Below, in pieces: positions 44,319 to 56,992 of a stretch of 64,000 nucleotides of DNA (positions are counted from its first letter, which is position 1; each line of letters starts with the position of its first letter). A model generated the notes under the pieces. That model was given only the letters and a program-made list of their open reading frames with translations, was not told the origin of the DNA and did not search any database. The stretch spans positions 3,712,001 through 3,776,000 of the forward strand of contig CM000152.2 in the NCBI GenBank assembly GCA_000004695.1, written 5' to 3'. The translations under genes were made by a program, and so were the position numbers. The DNA is from Dictyostelium discoideum. Taxonomy: Eukaryota.

Positions 44319-46296
44319 TTAATTATTATTATTATTATTATTATGTTGTTGTGATAACATTAAAGCATCACCAATCTCCATTAATTTTTCACCAGTTTGT
44401 TTGTATTGTAGTCTAAATTTTTCTAATTTAGTTTTATCCATTTTGATACCAAATGAGATTTGTTTTGAAATTTTATCCAAACCATCCTTAATTGCATCCA
44501 ATCCAGAGTATAGTACATCCTCACTAAATCCAATTGGAATTGGTTTGTTTGGATTATATAGTTTACCATTTGAAGAAACCATTAAACCATTTACACCATT
44601 GTTATTATTATTATTATTATTATCATTATTATTATTATTGTTGTTGTTTGTAGTAATATGATTCCCATTAATAGTACCATTTGAAAGTGTGGGTATTGGA
44701 AATACTGAAGCAATATTTATAATGTTTGAAGTTGTAAATTGATTATATCTTTCCTTTAAATTGTTTTTCTTAAATTCGTCAAATTGTTTGATTGTATTTA
44801 ATTGCTCCTTAAAACGTTCTTCATCAGGCATTTCTATTATACCCAATGGTTGAGGTAATGATTGTAAATAACTTTTTATTCTATTTAATTCTTCTGGTGG
44901 TATAATTTGATTTAATTGTTGAATAATAACTGATTCTTTTTGAATATGCTGTTGTTGCTGTTGTTGTTGCTGTTGTTGATAATTTTGTGGTTGTTGAAAA
45001 CTCTTTATTGATTTTTGAATATACATATACAATACTAAAGATGGTGATTTAAATAAATTTTGATAAATTGATTTGAAATTTGAAATTATTGTACCTTGAT
45101 CCAATTTGAATAGATACAAATTCGCTTGTGTTGAAGCACCAATTGAGGTTATTAATTTACAAGTTGAAAATTTACAATTGGGAAGTGAAGAAAGAATTGA
45201 ACAAATATCCAATACCTGTTTCAATTGAATTGGTGTAAAACTTATTAACATTATTTGATAAAATCTCTAAACCATATGAAGCTATTAAACTTTTTTCACC
45301 AAACAAATTGATTAAATCTTTATTTTCGCTAATGGAACTCAATATTAAAATAATCATTTGATTTAATAATTGAATGATTTCATTTGATTCAATAATTTTA
45401 ATTTTACTTAATAATAATAATAAATTCTCCTGTATAATAAATAAATAAATATTAGTATAATTATTAATAATAATAATTAATATGATAAACAAAGAGAAAT
45501 TACCATTAAATTTGGAGTTGAAAAAATATTTGGTTGATTTAATTTCGAAATTAAAAATGGTATTACTTTTGATTGTATATTTTGGTTTAAATTTTTTGAT
45601 AGTTGATTAATATCTATATCATCAATTATTGTAAAAAAGATACCAATTGAAATGGGTATTGATGTAATAATATCTTGATTACCAATTAATGAATCCTTTT
45701 CTAAAATATCTAAAACTAAAAGATGAAAAACTATTTCCTTTTGATTTGAATCTAAAATTTTAAATACTCTTTTCAATAAAATTGTTAATGAATTTAAAAA
45801 ATCTGTTATTTCATATCTATTATTAAATTTTAATATCTAAAAAAAAGAAAATAAAAAAAAAATAAATAAAAAAAAAATTAATATTATTGGTTATTATTTA
45901 TTATTTATTATCTATTATTTATTTATTATTATACAAACAGTTTTAATAATTAAAGCTATATTCCAATTTTGAAAATATTCTGAAGAGTAAGAAATAATTT
46001 GAAACCAAATATCGATTAAAAAATTTTGAGTGATAGGATTTGAATAATAAATTGAAGAGATTAATAAATTATAAAATTCTGTGGATTGAGTGATTGTTGA
46101 TTTTATTATTAAATTATGAAATGAATCTAAAACATTTTGATGAAACCAACTTGATTGATAAATCTCTGTTATTAAATTAGTGAAACAATTTATGCTAAAC
46201 CTAAATAACTCTATCAATATTGATTCACTATAATTCAAACTAGGAAGATTTTCAAAAACCAATAATACTAATTTAAATTCACCAAATAACTGTTGA

Positions 46297-46330
<34 letters not shown>

Positions 46331-47603
46331 TAAGACTATTATTATTATTAACTGAATTTGACAATATAACCCCAATAATTCTATCAAACCATCTTTGATC
46401 GTTAATATCAATTCGAAATAATTGTTCCAACATACAAACTATAAATTGTTTTGAATCTTCAATAATTAAATCTATATTTTCTTGATTTGGTATTGACCTA
46501 TTTGGAGGTAACTCTCTTTATAATAAATCAATGTTAGTACCAGTAGTGATAATAATAACAATAATCACCATCATCATATAAAAAATACATACATCAATAA
46601 ATCAATAATTGTTTGGATTGTTAGCAATAATAAATCTGAATCAAAATGATCTATAAACTTTTCAAAAAAGAAAAGAAACGCTTTTATATAATATCTAAAT
46701 AATTTACCACCCCTACTATTTTTTGGTTCTGAATTAAATTCATCCTATATATATATATATTAATAAATATGATCATTAGTACGACTTGTATTGATATATA
46801 TATTATTTTATAAAAATAATAATAATACTTTTTTAAAAAATTGAATATGATCTTTAAAATTAACTAAAATAGCTTGTAAAGTTTTCTCGAGTGGACTTTT
46901 AAAATTGATAAAGTTATGAATTTGAGGATATTCATTGATTATATGCCTAAATGTTAGATTGACATTTAAAAGAGCTGCAACCTTTTGATCTATACCACTT
47001 TCATATATTTTAATTAATTCATCACAAACTATTGCCATACTATTTATATTTTCACCTAAAATAAAACTAAAGAATGATTTATCATCATTTTTAATTAAAT
47101 CACAAAAACTTTGAAATGGTAAACCTAATTTCTTATTTAACTCTTCAATTTGTATTGACCAATTTTGTAGCTGCTGTTGTATTTGTTTTTGAGTTTGTGT
47201 TTGTGTTTGAGTTTGTGTTTGTGTTTGAATTTGAGTTTGATTTTGTGTTGTCGTAATTAAATTTGAAATTAAATCTTTTACTTGTTTAATTTTTTTTTGT
47301 ATAGACATTAATTGTATGGAAATTTGAATGAATGTTGGTATTACTTCAATTGATAAACAATCCATTGACGATATGAAACAATTTTCAACTAGAGAATTAT
47401 GTAGTGTTATCAATGAGAACATTTTAGGTCTACTTGCTCCTAAATTCAATAAATCATCTAATGATTTATTTAAAAATTCTATATATTCATCCAATATTCC
47501 ACTCTCTACAACTTTTTTAAATAGTAAATTTGATTTACCATTTTCAAAAAATGTTGCTATAGTCTTCCAACATAATCCACTCTCTGGGAATGTATATAAT
47601 TTA

Positions 47604-47648
<45 letters not shown>

Positions 47649-47852
47649 GCTAATTAGTTTATATTATTAATATTAATAATAATAATAAATACTTACTTTA
47701 ACTATCTTTATTATTTTATTAATATTCGAATTAAATAATTCTAAATTAAATTGTTTTGGATCTGCTAAAATTTTTAAACAGGCTGTTTTTTTTTCAGTAT
47801 TTGATGTTGGGTCCAATAATAAAAATTCTATAGCATTGTTTAAATCGCCCAT
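44319..47852 (-). CDS. Multi-exon gene with at least seven exons encoding a large, mostly alpha-helical, Leu/Ile-rich protein of unknown function with polyN and polyQ inserts
   Basis: Exon 1 runs from an ATG at 47852, 'MGDLNNAIEFLLLDPTSNTEKKTACLKILADPKQFNLELFNSNINKIIKIVK', to a GTAAGT donor. It joins in phase 0 to 'NGIKLYTFPESGLCWKTIATFFENGKSNLLFKKVVESGILDEYIEFLNK...', ending near 46808 at a 'KK|GTATTA' donor. Further exons were read by hand: 'DEFNSEPKNSRGGKLFRYYIKAFLFFFEKFIDHFDSDLLLLTIQTIIDLLM|GTATGT' at about 46740-46590, and 'ELPPNRSIPNQENIDLIIEDSKQFIVCMLEQLFRIDINDQRWF...' continuing into ORF 45915..46433. The ORF pieces 45477..45776, 45172..45492 and 44319..45251 follow, each flanked by GT...AG AT-rich introns. 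Exact junctions for the 3' exons are not resolved. Confidence 0.5.
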
Positions 47853-48316
47853 AATGTTCTACTACTAAATAATTATCTATTTGTAAGCATAAATAAGAAA
47901 GATCGTCAAAAAATAATAAAAAAAATTATAAAAAATAAAAAAAAAATAAAAAAAATGAAAAAAAAAAATGAAAAAATGAAAATTAAAAAAAAAAAAAAAA
48001 AAAAGGTTTTTTCTTAGAAATTTTAGAAATATAAAGAAAAATCCATGTTTTGAAAAGAAAATTAAAAAAAAATTTTCCTTTTAAAAAAATAAATAAATTA
48101 AAACAAAGAATTAAATTTAAAAAATAATAATAATAGTTTATAAATAATTTTTAACTATTTTTTTTTTTTTTTTTTTTTTTTTAATTATACTATTTTTATT
48201 TATTTATTTTTTTTTTTATTTTTTTTTTATATTATTTATTTATTATTTATTATTTATGAATTAAAAAAAGTAAATATATATGTGATTGAAAGAGAGAGAT
48301 TATGATAATTGAAATT

Positions 48317-51300
48317 TTATTTTTTTCCACCTTTTTTCTTGACATTAGTGAAAGAGGTTGGTCTTGCACCTTTACGTTTATTAAGAGCCTTTGGATCCAA
48401 TTTGATATAAGAATATGGTTCGAATTTTTGATCTCTCTTACGATTATCACCTTTGGTTTTAGCTACAGTTTTAGTACTCTTATTGTCACGATCTTGATAA
48501 TTTACTAAATGATCAACACCTCTAACTCTGTTATAACGAAGGGTAGCAGTTTCAATACGACCTTCATTTTTATTATTATTATTAGTAGTACGAGTTGATT
48601 TAACTGATTTAGCGCCACCCATGACTGATTTAGCACCACCACCACCACCACGAACAGATTTAGCATTTGTTCTTCTTGTGAAATTTGATTTAAGATCATC
48701 ATTATAACGTGAAAGATTTTCATCGATATCATCATCTGAATAATCTGAATTATCATGATTATCTTGTTTGAATTTATTTTTGAGACCTTTTGCTTTAGTG
48801 ACATGATAACCTGCTTTTCTTTCATAGGCTTCTTCATTCTCTTCGAAAACTTGATCGAGGAAGGATTTCTTTCTCTCTCTCTTTCTCTTTTGACCTTCAT
48901 CTTCAGAATCTGATGATTCAATAATCATACGACCATCTTCATCAAGTTGGAATGGATTTTGAAGTTTACCACCATTCTTTGCGGCTTTAGCAAACATTTG
49001 TTTTGCAACGATATCAGCGGCTGCTTTTGCTGACAAATGACTAAATGCATTTCTATCCAAGAAATCAATTGGATCTTCACCCTCTTTGATGAGGAAATTA
49101 TCTTTAGTATCTTTTTTAGTTTTCTTTGGTTTAACATTGAAAAGGAATTCCTCAATATCAGCATCATCTTCACTATGATCCCTATCACTATGCTCTTCAT
49201 CTGATGCTAACATTTGTTCATCATCATCATCACCACCACCACCAGAAGTATTCTTTGATTTTTTATTCTTTTTACTTTTTTGTGATTTACTATCATCACC
49301 ATTTTCATCCATATTTTCATTTGAATCAACACCACCGCCATTTCTAGATAATTCTTTAGCTTTTTCTTTCTTTTCATTCTTTTTACGAATGTTTGTAACT
49401 ACTTTTTTGAAATCTTCAGGTACTAATTGATAAATTTGATCGAAACCAAATCTTTTAATTAAACGTTCTAAAAGGATTTGAACGATAGTTCTAAAGTAAT
49501 TCTTATCGATACCACCCCATTTTGCTAAACCATTGACGAGTACTTCCAATTGAGATTCGATTGATTTTGTGTCTTTAAAAGTTGCAATTACAACACGAAC
49601 TAAACCAAACACTGCTTTTACAATCTCTCTATGTGGTGATGCTAATAACACAAGTACAGTTGTAACCAATTGACCGACAAACTCTTCATTGATATCACGA
49701 TAGAATTCATGAATGACTCTAGCGATTGAAACAATTGATGCTGATACCATATGTGGAGTAATCGATGCTAAACCTGCCATCATCAATTGTAAATATTCAT
49801 GAATTGCTTCGTTATGAGCGATGGTGATTGTATCCTCCATTGATACACCTTTCTTTGGTTTCACTAATTTTGCAGAGATTAAACACATAACTTTACCAAT
49901 TTCAATGATTAATTCATTTGCAATCTCTCTACATTTAACATTAGTTTCTTTTGTACATAAAATAATCTCTGGAATTAATGACGGTATAAATTTAGTTTTT
50001 AATTGTACCCAACCAATATTAACTTTAACTTTTGGTTTATTATCTGTACTTGTAGTTGTAGTAGTAGTTGTTGTTGTAGTAGTTGTAGTAGTTGTAGTAG
50101 TATTTTCTAATTGTTTTTCATTTTCATTAATAGCAACTAATTCTAATTCTTCTTCAGTTAATAAATGTTTATTATATGAAGATTTAGTTAAGGAGATAAT
50201 AATTTCTCTTAAACATTTTAAACGAGTTTTCTTAATTGTTGATGGTGATTGCATTAAATTACTAACTAATAATGCTTTAATCTTTGTTAAATTTTGAAGA
50301 ATAAAACTTTCATGATATTCACAAATCTTTACTAAAATCTTATAAGATCTCTTTTGTAAACCTGGATCAGAACATTTCAATTGTGGTTTAATAATTTTAT
50401 ATAAAACTTTAATATTCTCTTCATCTAAATGTTTAACGAAACCAATTGTTAAATCTGTTAAATAATATTTCTTTGTTTTTTCTTTTGGTGTGGTGGTTGT
50501 AGTAGTTGTAGTTGTAGTATCCATTGAATTTTGAGTTGGTTTCTTTTCAATACCTTCTAAAGTTAATGCTTCAACTAATTTTGTAATTAATGAATTAAAA
50601 ATTGTATTTAAATTTATAGAATCAGTGATTGAAACCAATGCTTCAATTGCATTTAAAATGTAATAACGTTGATCTTGATTTGAAGTTGGGAAAATATTGA
50701 AAAGAATTGGTAAATAGTTTTTAGAGAATACTGAAACCGATTTCAATAACTGAGTAGCTCTTTCTTGAGTGACTAAATGATGTTGTTTTCTTAATGGTAT
50801 GTAAACTGGTGGTTTAGTGATTTGAGTATCCTTTAATTTATTGATCATTTGTGTTAATGCTGCACAAATTACAATACGTAATCCTGGTTCATCGGATAAA
50901 GCAACACCCAAATTACGAGCAATCACTCTAAATGAAACGTCTGAATCCAATGGATGATTTAAAAAGCCTGGTAATAAATCCCAAACTTGTGAATATAATA
51001 TCTCCAAATTCTTTGCTTCAACTAATCTACCATCCATTTCAACTTGTTTACCTCTTTCTTTCATTGCAATTGCCATTGGATAAAAATATTCAATGAAAAA
51101 TGATAATTGGGTATATTTAATATTATCTCTCATTAAAGGTAATAACCAATTTCTATTAATTTTAATTTTGCTTTATAATTTAAAAAAAAATAATAATAAA
51201 TTAATATAAATTATTATTATAAATTAATTAAAAATTATTTTTAATATTATTAATAACCTACTCATTTGGATGAGATTCTAAATTTAATGGTAAAATTTTT

Positions 51301-51835
51301 AAGAAATTCTTTGGACCAATTGAAGATAAAACTTGAATGAAAACTTGACGACAATGAGTTTGGAAATGAAATTCTGGTGAATGATATAATTGATCTAAAC
51401 CAGCCAATGTATTATTCATAATTGGATAAGCATTTGGTCCTAATTGTTCAAATAATGCACTAATGATCATTAATACTAAATCCCATGATGATTTAAATGT
51501 TAATCTTAAACCACTTTCAATGGTTGAAATAATTGATTCCAATGGTGATAATTCTCTATTTGCATTTCCTGAACCTTGTTGGAATGAATAAATACCTTGT
51601 TGAATTACTTCCAAATTTATACATTCATAAATTACTGATTTAAATCCATTCATTGTACATTTTGTAATCTCTGCTTTATCAGATCCAAAATTATTCATTA
51701 AAATTGAAAAATATTTATGAACATGTTGATTACATAATTTTGGTTCCAATCTATAAAAAAAAAAAAAAAAAAAAAAGGGAGGGGAGGGGAGGGGAGGTGA
51801 GGTGAGGTATATATTAGTATATAAATTATTATTAT

Positions 51836-51871
<36 letters not shown>

Positions 51872-52888
51872 TTACTTTACAAAATATAAATAAGATTGAG
51901 TTAATAATTCAGTATAAGAAACAGTTGATTTATAATCAATACCTGATGGTGGATGTTGAAATAATACTTCAATTAATTGTTGAATATGTGAACCAATTAA
52001 TGGATTAGTTTTAAAGAATAATGAACCGATTGCTTTATAACAAGCAATGGTTAATGGTGAATTTGAAAGACTTGTTAATTTTATGATATCTTCCAATAGT
52101 AATGAGATCAATGATGGTGGTAATAAACATAATGCTTCAGTGACGATATTCAATGCATAGAATGCAGTACCCATAGTTTCATGAGTAACATTTGTAAAGA
52201 TTTCATGAGAGAATTGGGATGTAACATTTGCCAAATGTTTATGTACGCCACCACCCTTTGCATTGGTTTGAATTGCACCAATACTATTTAAAACCAATAT
52301 AACTTGTTCTGCGGCTTTTTGACGAATTTTAGATTGTTGATTATTAACTGATAATTTCAAAATGTATGAATAACCTCTTAAATATTCTGGTGTTGACCAT
52401 TGATTTGATTCTGCCAATACCAATACATATCCCAATATATAAGTACCTGATTTAACTAATGATTGTTCATCATTTGACATTGTTGAATTTAATGTTGTCT
52501 CTTGAGTAACATATTTCTCCAATATATTAATCATTTGTAAAATAATATTTACTGATTGATTTTTAATAATTGGAATTGAAACTCTATATAAATCAAAATA
52601 TATATATTAATATAAATATGTATTTGAAATAATAATAATAATAAAAATTACATACTGTGGTAAAATTAAAGAAAATAATTTTAATAAATCTGGTGTTTGA
52701 TTTTCTTTATGTTTATTTTCTGTAATAGTTTTTAATATGATTGCAAAGTATGATGTAGCATTGATTGGTGCTTTATTGAATCTAATTAAATCTGTTACTG
52801 CTGTCAATACTGCATATAATCTTTTATTGGTTTCGGAACTTGAGTTTTCACGTAAACTTGGAAATAATTCTGAAATTGTTTTTGACAT
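48317..52888 (-). CDS. rrp12: RRP12-like HEAT-repeat pre-ribosome export / rRNA-processing protein. Four exons: 52888..52656, 52583..51880 (approximate), 51750..51258 (approximate) and 51133..48317.
   Basis: The N-terminus 'TNKRLYAVLTAVTDLIRFNKAPINATSYFAIILKTITEN' matches the conserved RRP12 N-terminal block (human '[21 protein letters not shown]...EYFAALMTTMEAV'). The C-terminus is acidic/basic with 'FLIKEGEDPIDFLDRNAFSHL', as in RRP12 homologues. Intron 1 is a GTATGT donor at 52655 to 'tatatAG' at 52585-52584 (72 nt), joining '...LILPQ|VSIPIIKNQSVNIILQMINILEKYVTQ'. Intron 2 is a GTAAGT donor after '...LYFV' to a poly(A)+'tatag' acceptor at about 51751. Intron 3 is a GTAGGT donor after '...HPN' at about 51257 to 'aattaatAG' at 51134, joining 'E NWLLPLMRDNIKYTQ'. 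All phases are consistent. Confidence 0.75.
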
Positions 52889-53018
52889 TTTATTTTATTC
52901 TATTTTCTCTTATTTATTTTATTAATATAAATAAATAATAAATATAAAAAAATTGAAAAAAAAAAAAAAAATGAAAAAAAACTATTAATTGATTATTATT
53001 TGCGAAAAAGAAAGAAAG

Positions 53019-53050
<32 letters not shown>

Positions 53051-54916
53051 CCTTCGTTTTTTTTTATCGTGCGTAAAAAAAAAAAAAAAGAATTTTATTT
53101 TTTTTTAATTTTTTTTATTTTCCCAATTATTTTTTTTTTATGATTTGCTTTTTTTAACTCAGATAAATAATTATTAAAAAAAAAAAAAAAAAAAGTGTGA
53201 AGAAAATGAAAATATGAAATAAATCTTTTTTTTTTTTTTTTTTTTTATTTAAATGAGATTGTTTCTAATTTAGGAATTTATTTATGATTTTTGGGTGTTT
53301 TTTTTTTTTTTTTTTTTTAAATATATATTTGGAAATTCCTTTATGTATATATTTATTTGAATTATTTGAATTTTATATACATATTTATTTGGTTATCTTA
53401 AATGATCTATTTTATTATGAAAAATGTATTAGTAAAACTTTGTAAACCTGATTTTTGTTTTGTTTTTTTTTATAAAAAAAAAATCTTAATACATACCCAA
53501 CCTTGCTTTTGCTTATGTCTGGCATTTGCTTTACAAAATACAAAAACATTCTTTCCTCTTCTAATAGTTTGGCAGAATCTGCACAATTTTTTGAGAGCAG
53601 ATACGTGTCTCATTCTTTTTTTATTTTTTTTTTTATTTAATTAATCTAAAAATAATGTGGAAAAAAATAAATAAAAGTTATGATTAATAATTAATATGTG
53701 TAATTAAATTTATAATGTGATTAATTAATTAATTAATTGTCCGCATACAAATAAAAAAAATATAACAATGAAAATGAAAAATGAAAAAAAAAAAATAAAA
53801 ATAAAAAAAAAATTTCACGACACAAACAGAAATTTTAATTTTTTACTTTTTTTTTTTTTTTTTTTTTTTTCATTTTTTTTTATTTTTTTATTTTAAGTAA
53901 TTAAATACCATCAGAAAAATTGATTATTTAAAAAAAAAAAATAATGATAAATGTTAAATTCTATTATTATTATTTTTTTATTTATTTATTTTAATAAATA
54001 AATAAATGTTAAATTATTTTATTTTATTTTTTTTTTCTAAAAAAAAAAAAGAAATGTGAAATTTCATTTAATAATCATATGATTAGATAAAAAATTTAAT
54101 TTTTATTATTATATAATGCAACTGGTTTTTTAAAATTAATACCAGTGGAAATAAATAATTGGAAATAAAATTTAATAATATCTTAATTTGGAAATTTTAA
54201 TATTTTCCAAATTCCAAAAATTACTTTCGAAGTACATTTATTAAAAAAAAAATTGAAAAAAAAATGAAAAAAAAAAAAAAATTGAAAAACGAAAAATTTT
54301 ATTTTTTTTAAATTTTTTAATTTTTTTTTTTTTATTTTATTTTTTTTAATTTTTTTTTTTTTTTTTTTTTTGATCATTGGTTTCTGCAAGAAAGTAAACG
54401 AAATTATATTACCATTGCATTCATATTTGATTAGCATTTATATTGTGTTAACAAATTTGATAATCTGGGGAATAAAATTCATTTAATCTTTAGTTAATTT
54501 ATTCATTTTTTAAATAATAATAAAAAAAAAAAAAAAAAAAAAGGTAAAGTAATCAATAAAATATTCATTTAATCAAAAAAAAAAAAAAAAAAAAAAAAAA
54601 TCAAAACCAAAACCAAAATCTTGAAAAAAAAAAAAACATACCAACGTGTAATATGTTTTTTACACAAAAAAAAAAAAAAAAAAACAGAAATATTTATTCA
54701 AAAAATTGTTTTTCATTTTCAAACATTATCAAATAAAATACTTACACCACTATTTTGATTATTTTTTTTTTTTTTTTTAAAAAAAAAAATAAAAAAATTA
54801 AAAAAATTATTTTCCATATTTTTTTTTTTTTTTTTTTTTTTATAATTATTATTATTAAATAATATTATTTAAAACTTTATAGAATTAATTAATTAAAGAA
54901 ATAAGTTTATATAAAA

Positions 54917-56961
54917 ATGGTTTGGAGGAAATTACCAAATGCAGTTTTAAAACAAAAGTATTCTCTTGTTCAACATAGAATTTTACTTAGAAATCAAATT
55001 AGAACATTTTCAACCAATAGTAATAATAATAAAGATAACAAAAGTAATAATGGTGATGATAAAAATGATAAAGTTGGAGAAGATAGTAAAGATAGTATTC
55101 AAAAAGCTATCCTTAGACAAAAGATGGAAATGATGAAAGGCGAGTATTCAGAAAGCAACAACAAGACAAAAAAATATTCCAGACAGTGGAAAACATCCAC
55201 AAGGCGGCTATGACTTTGATGAATCATTAGGTGAAGATTTGGATCCATCAGTGCTTCAAGATCCAATTCTTGAAGAGATGAAAGAAATCTTTGCAGAGAA
55301 TAACCTTAGAAATGAAATTAAAAATAAAAATGAAAATCAAGAAGAACAACAAGAAGATGAAGAAGATGATGGTGCAGGTCATTATACAATGAAGAATAAA
55401 GCCAATAGATTAAGTGAAGAGAAAGAGAAAATCATTGAAAAGTTACTCGAAAACTATGAAGAAAAAGAGGTAGAAGAGAATCATTACTACATTCCACGTG
55501 ATAAATTACAAGATTTTGGTATTATCGATGCTGATTACCATCCAAACTATCCACCATACGTCAACAGAGAATCCGGTGCTGTCTTGGTATTCGATGTTGT
55601 ACTAAATGCCTATTCCAATCGTGGTTCAACAAAGACTCGTGAACAATTGTTTAGTAATGAACATATTCTTAGAAGAAGATATCAAACTGATCAAGCTGTA
55701 ATTGTACGTAGATATTTGGATGCATCACCAGCAAACATCAGTGATGCAGTTCTCGCCGATTCAGAACTCTTTAGTGAGGTAGTTGATCGTATTAAAATGC
55801 ATCAAGAGTTACAAAGAGAAAAGTACCGTTACGGTAACCCAGCAGATCTTTCCGTCACACAAGAGAGAGAATTATCAGCCAAAGTACTCGCAGAATCTGG
55901 TCTTTTCCCACCCGAAGTGGTCGCAGAGATCAATCAACCATTCTTGACCAAATCATTCAATCAAGGCAAAGGAAAAGAGGATCCAGATTTCCAATTGTTT
56001 GAAAACCCAGATCACTATATGACAAAGATTAAAGAGTCCAACCCTCCCCATACCTCTGAATATTTGCAACAAAATCCATTCAAGCCAACTCGTGAAGATA
56101 AATGTAATTTCGATTATATCGAGGAAGTACCAGTCAATAAAGTCTTTGATTCTTATGCTGCCTCTGAAGCTTTCCATGAGAATGGTGGCTATGATCAAGT
56201 ACCACAACAAATGGACTTCAATGGTAGAGATGAATATGTTAGAGATCAATTAAGACAATATTTCTTTGAATTGAATCAAAGAGATAAGAGAAAGAAAGTC
56301 GTACCATCCAACGAGAGACTTTATGATCCAATCCCTTCTGGTTATGAGGGTTATAGTACCCCATATGTACCAGTCGAACAAAAAGATGCCGAACCAATAT
56401 CATTCGATCCCACCTTTATGAGAGAATTTGTTCAATACAAAACACTCGCCCTTCCACTTGAAAATTTACGTGTTCAAGAAATCATTGATGATTTTTCTAA
56501 TGATGTTGAAAAAGACTATAGAAAAGAACATCTTATTGCCCAAGAAAATGAAGTTAAATCTTTCTTCCAAAAATATTATGGTGTTAGTTATGATGAATAT
56601 TTAGATAATCCAAAAGAATACTTTGAAAAATTAAAAGAAAAACAAATCAAATTTGAACAATTTGAACTTGAATTTGAAAAAAGAGAACAAGAAAAAAAAT
56701 TAAAACAACAAAAACAACAAAATGGATCATCATCATCACCACAACAACAACAACAACAACAAAATGAATCATTTGCAGGTTCATTTGCAGGTTCATTTGC
56801 AGGTTCATCAACTAAATCTTCACCACAAGAACAACAATCATCATCACAAGAACAAAAACAAGAACAACAAAAACAATCATCAGAAAAACAAGAACAAAAA
56901 ACAAATGAAAATAAAGAAGAAAATGTTAAAGAAGAAGAAGAAAATGTTAAAGAAGAAGAAA

Positions 56962-56992
<31 letters not shown>

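Noticed and set aside
48505-50297. ORFs 48505..48921 -, 48925..49200 - and 49821..50297 + inside RRP12 exon 4
   Set aside because: They are alternate-frame or antisense readings within a long, conserved, continuous CDS.
53402-54437. Small ORFs 53402..53644 + and 54183..54437 - in the RRP12 5' intergenic region
   Set aside because: They have non-ATG or poly-K/F low-complexity translations inside A/T tracts, and no coding codon-usage pattern.
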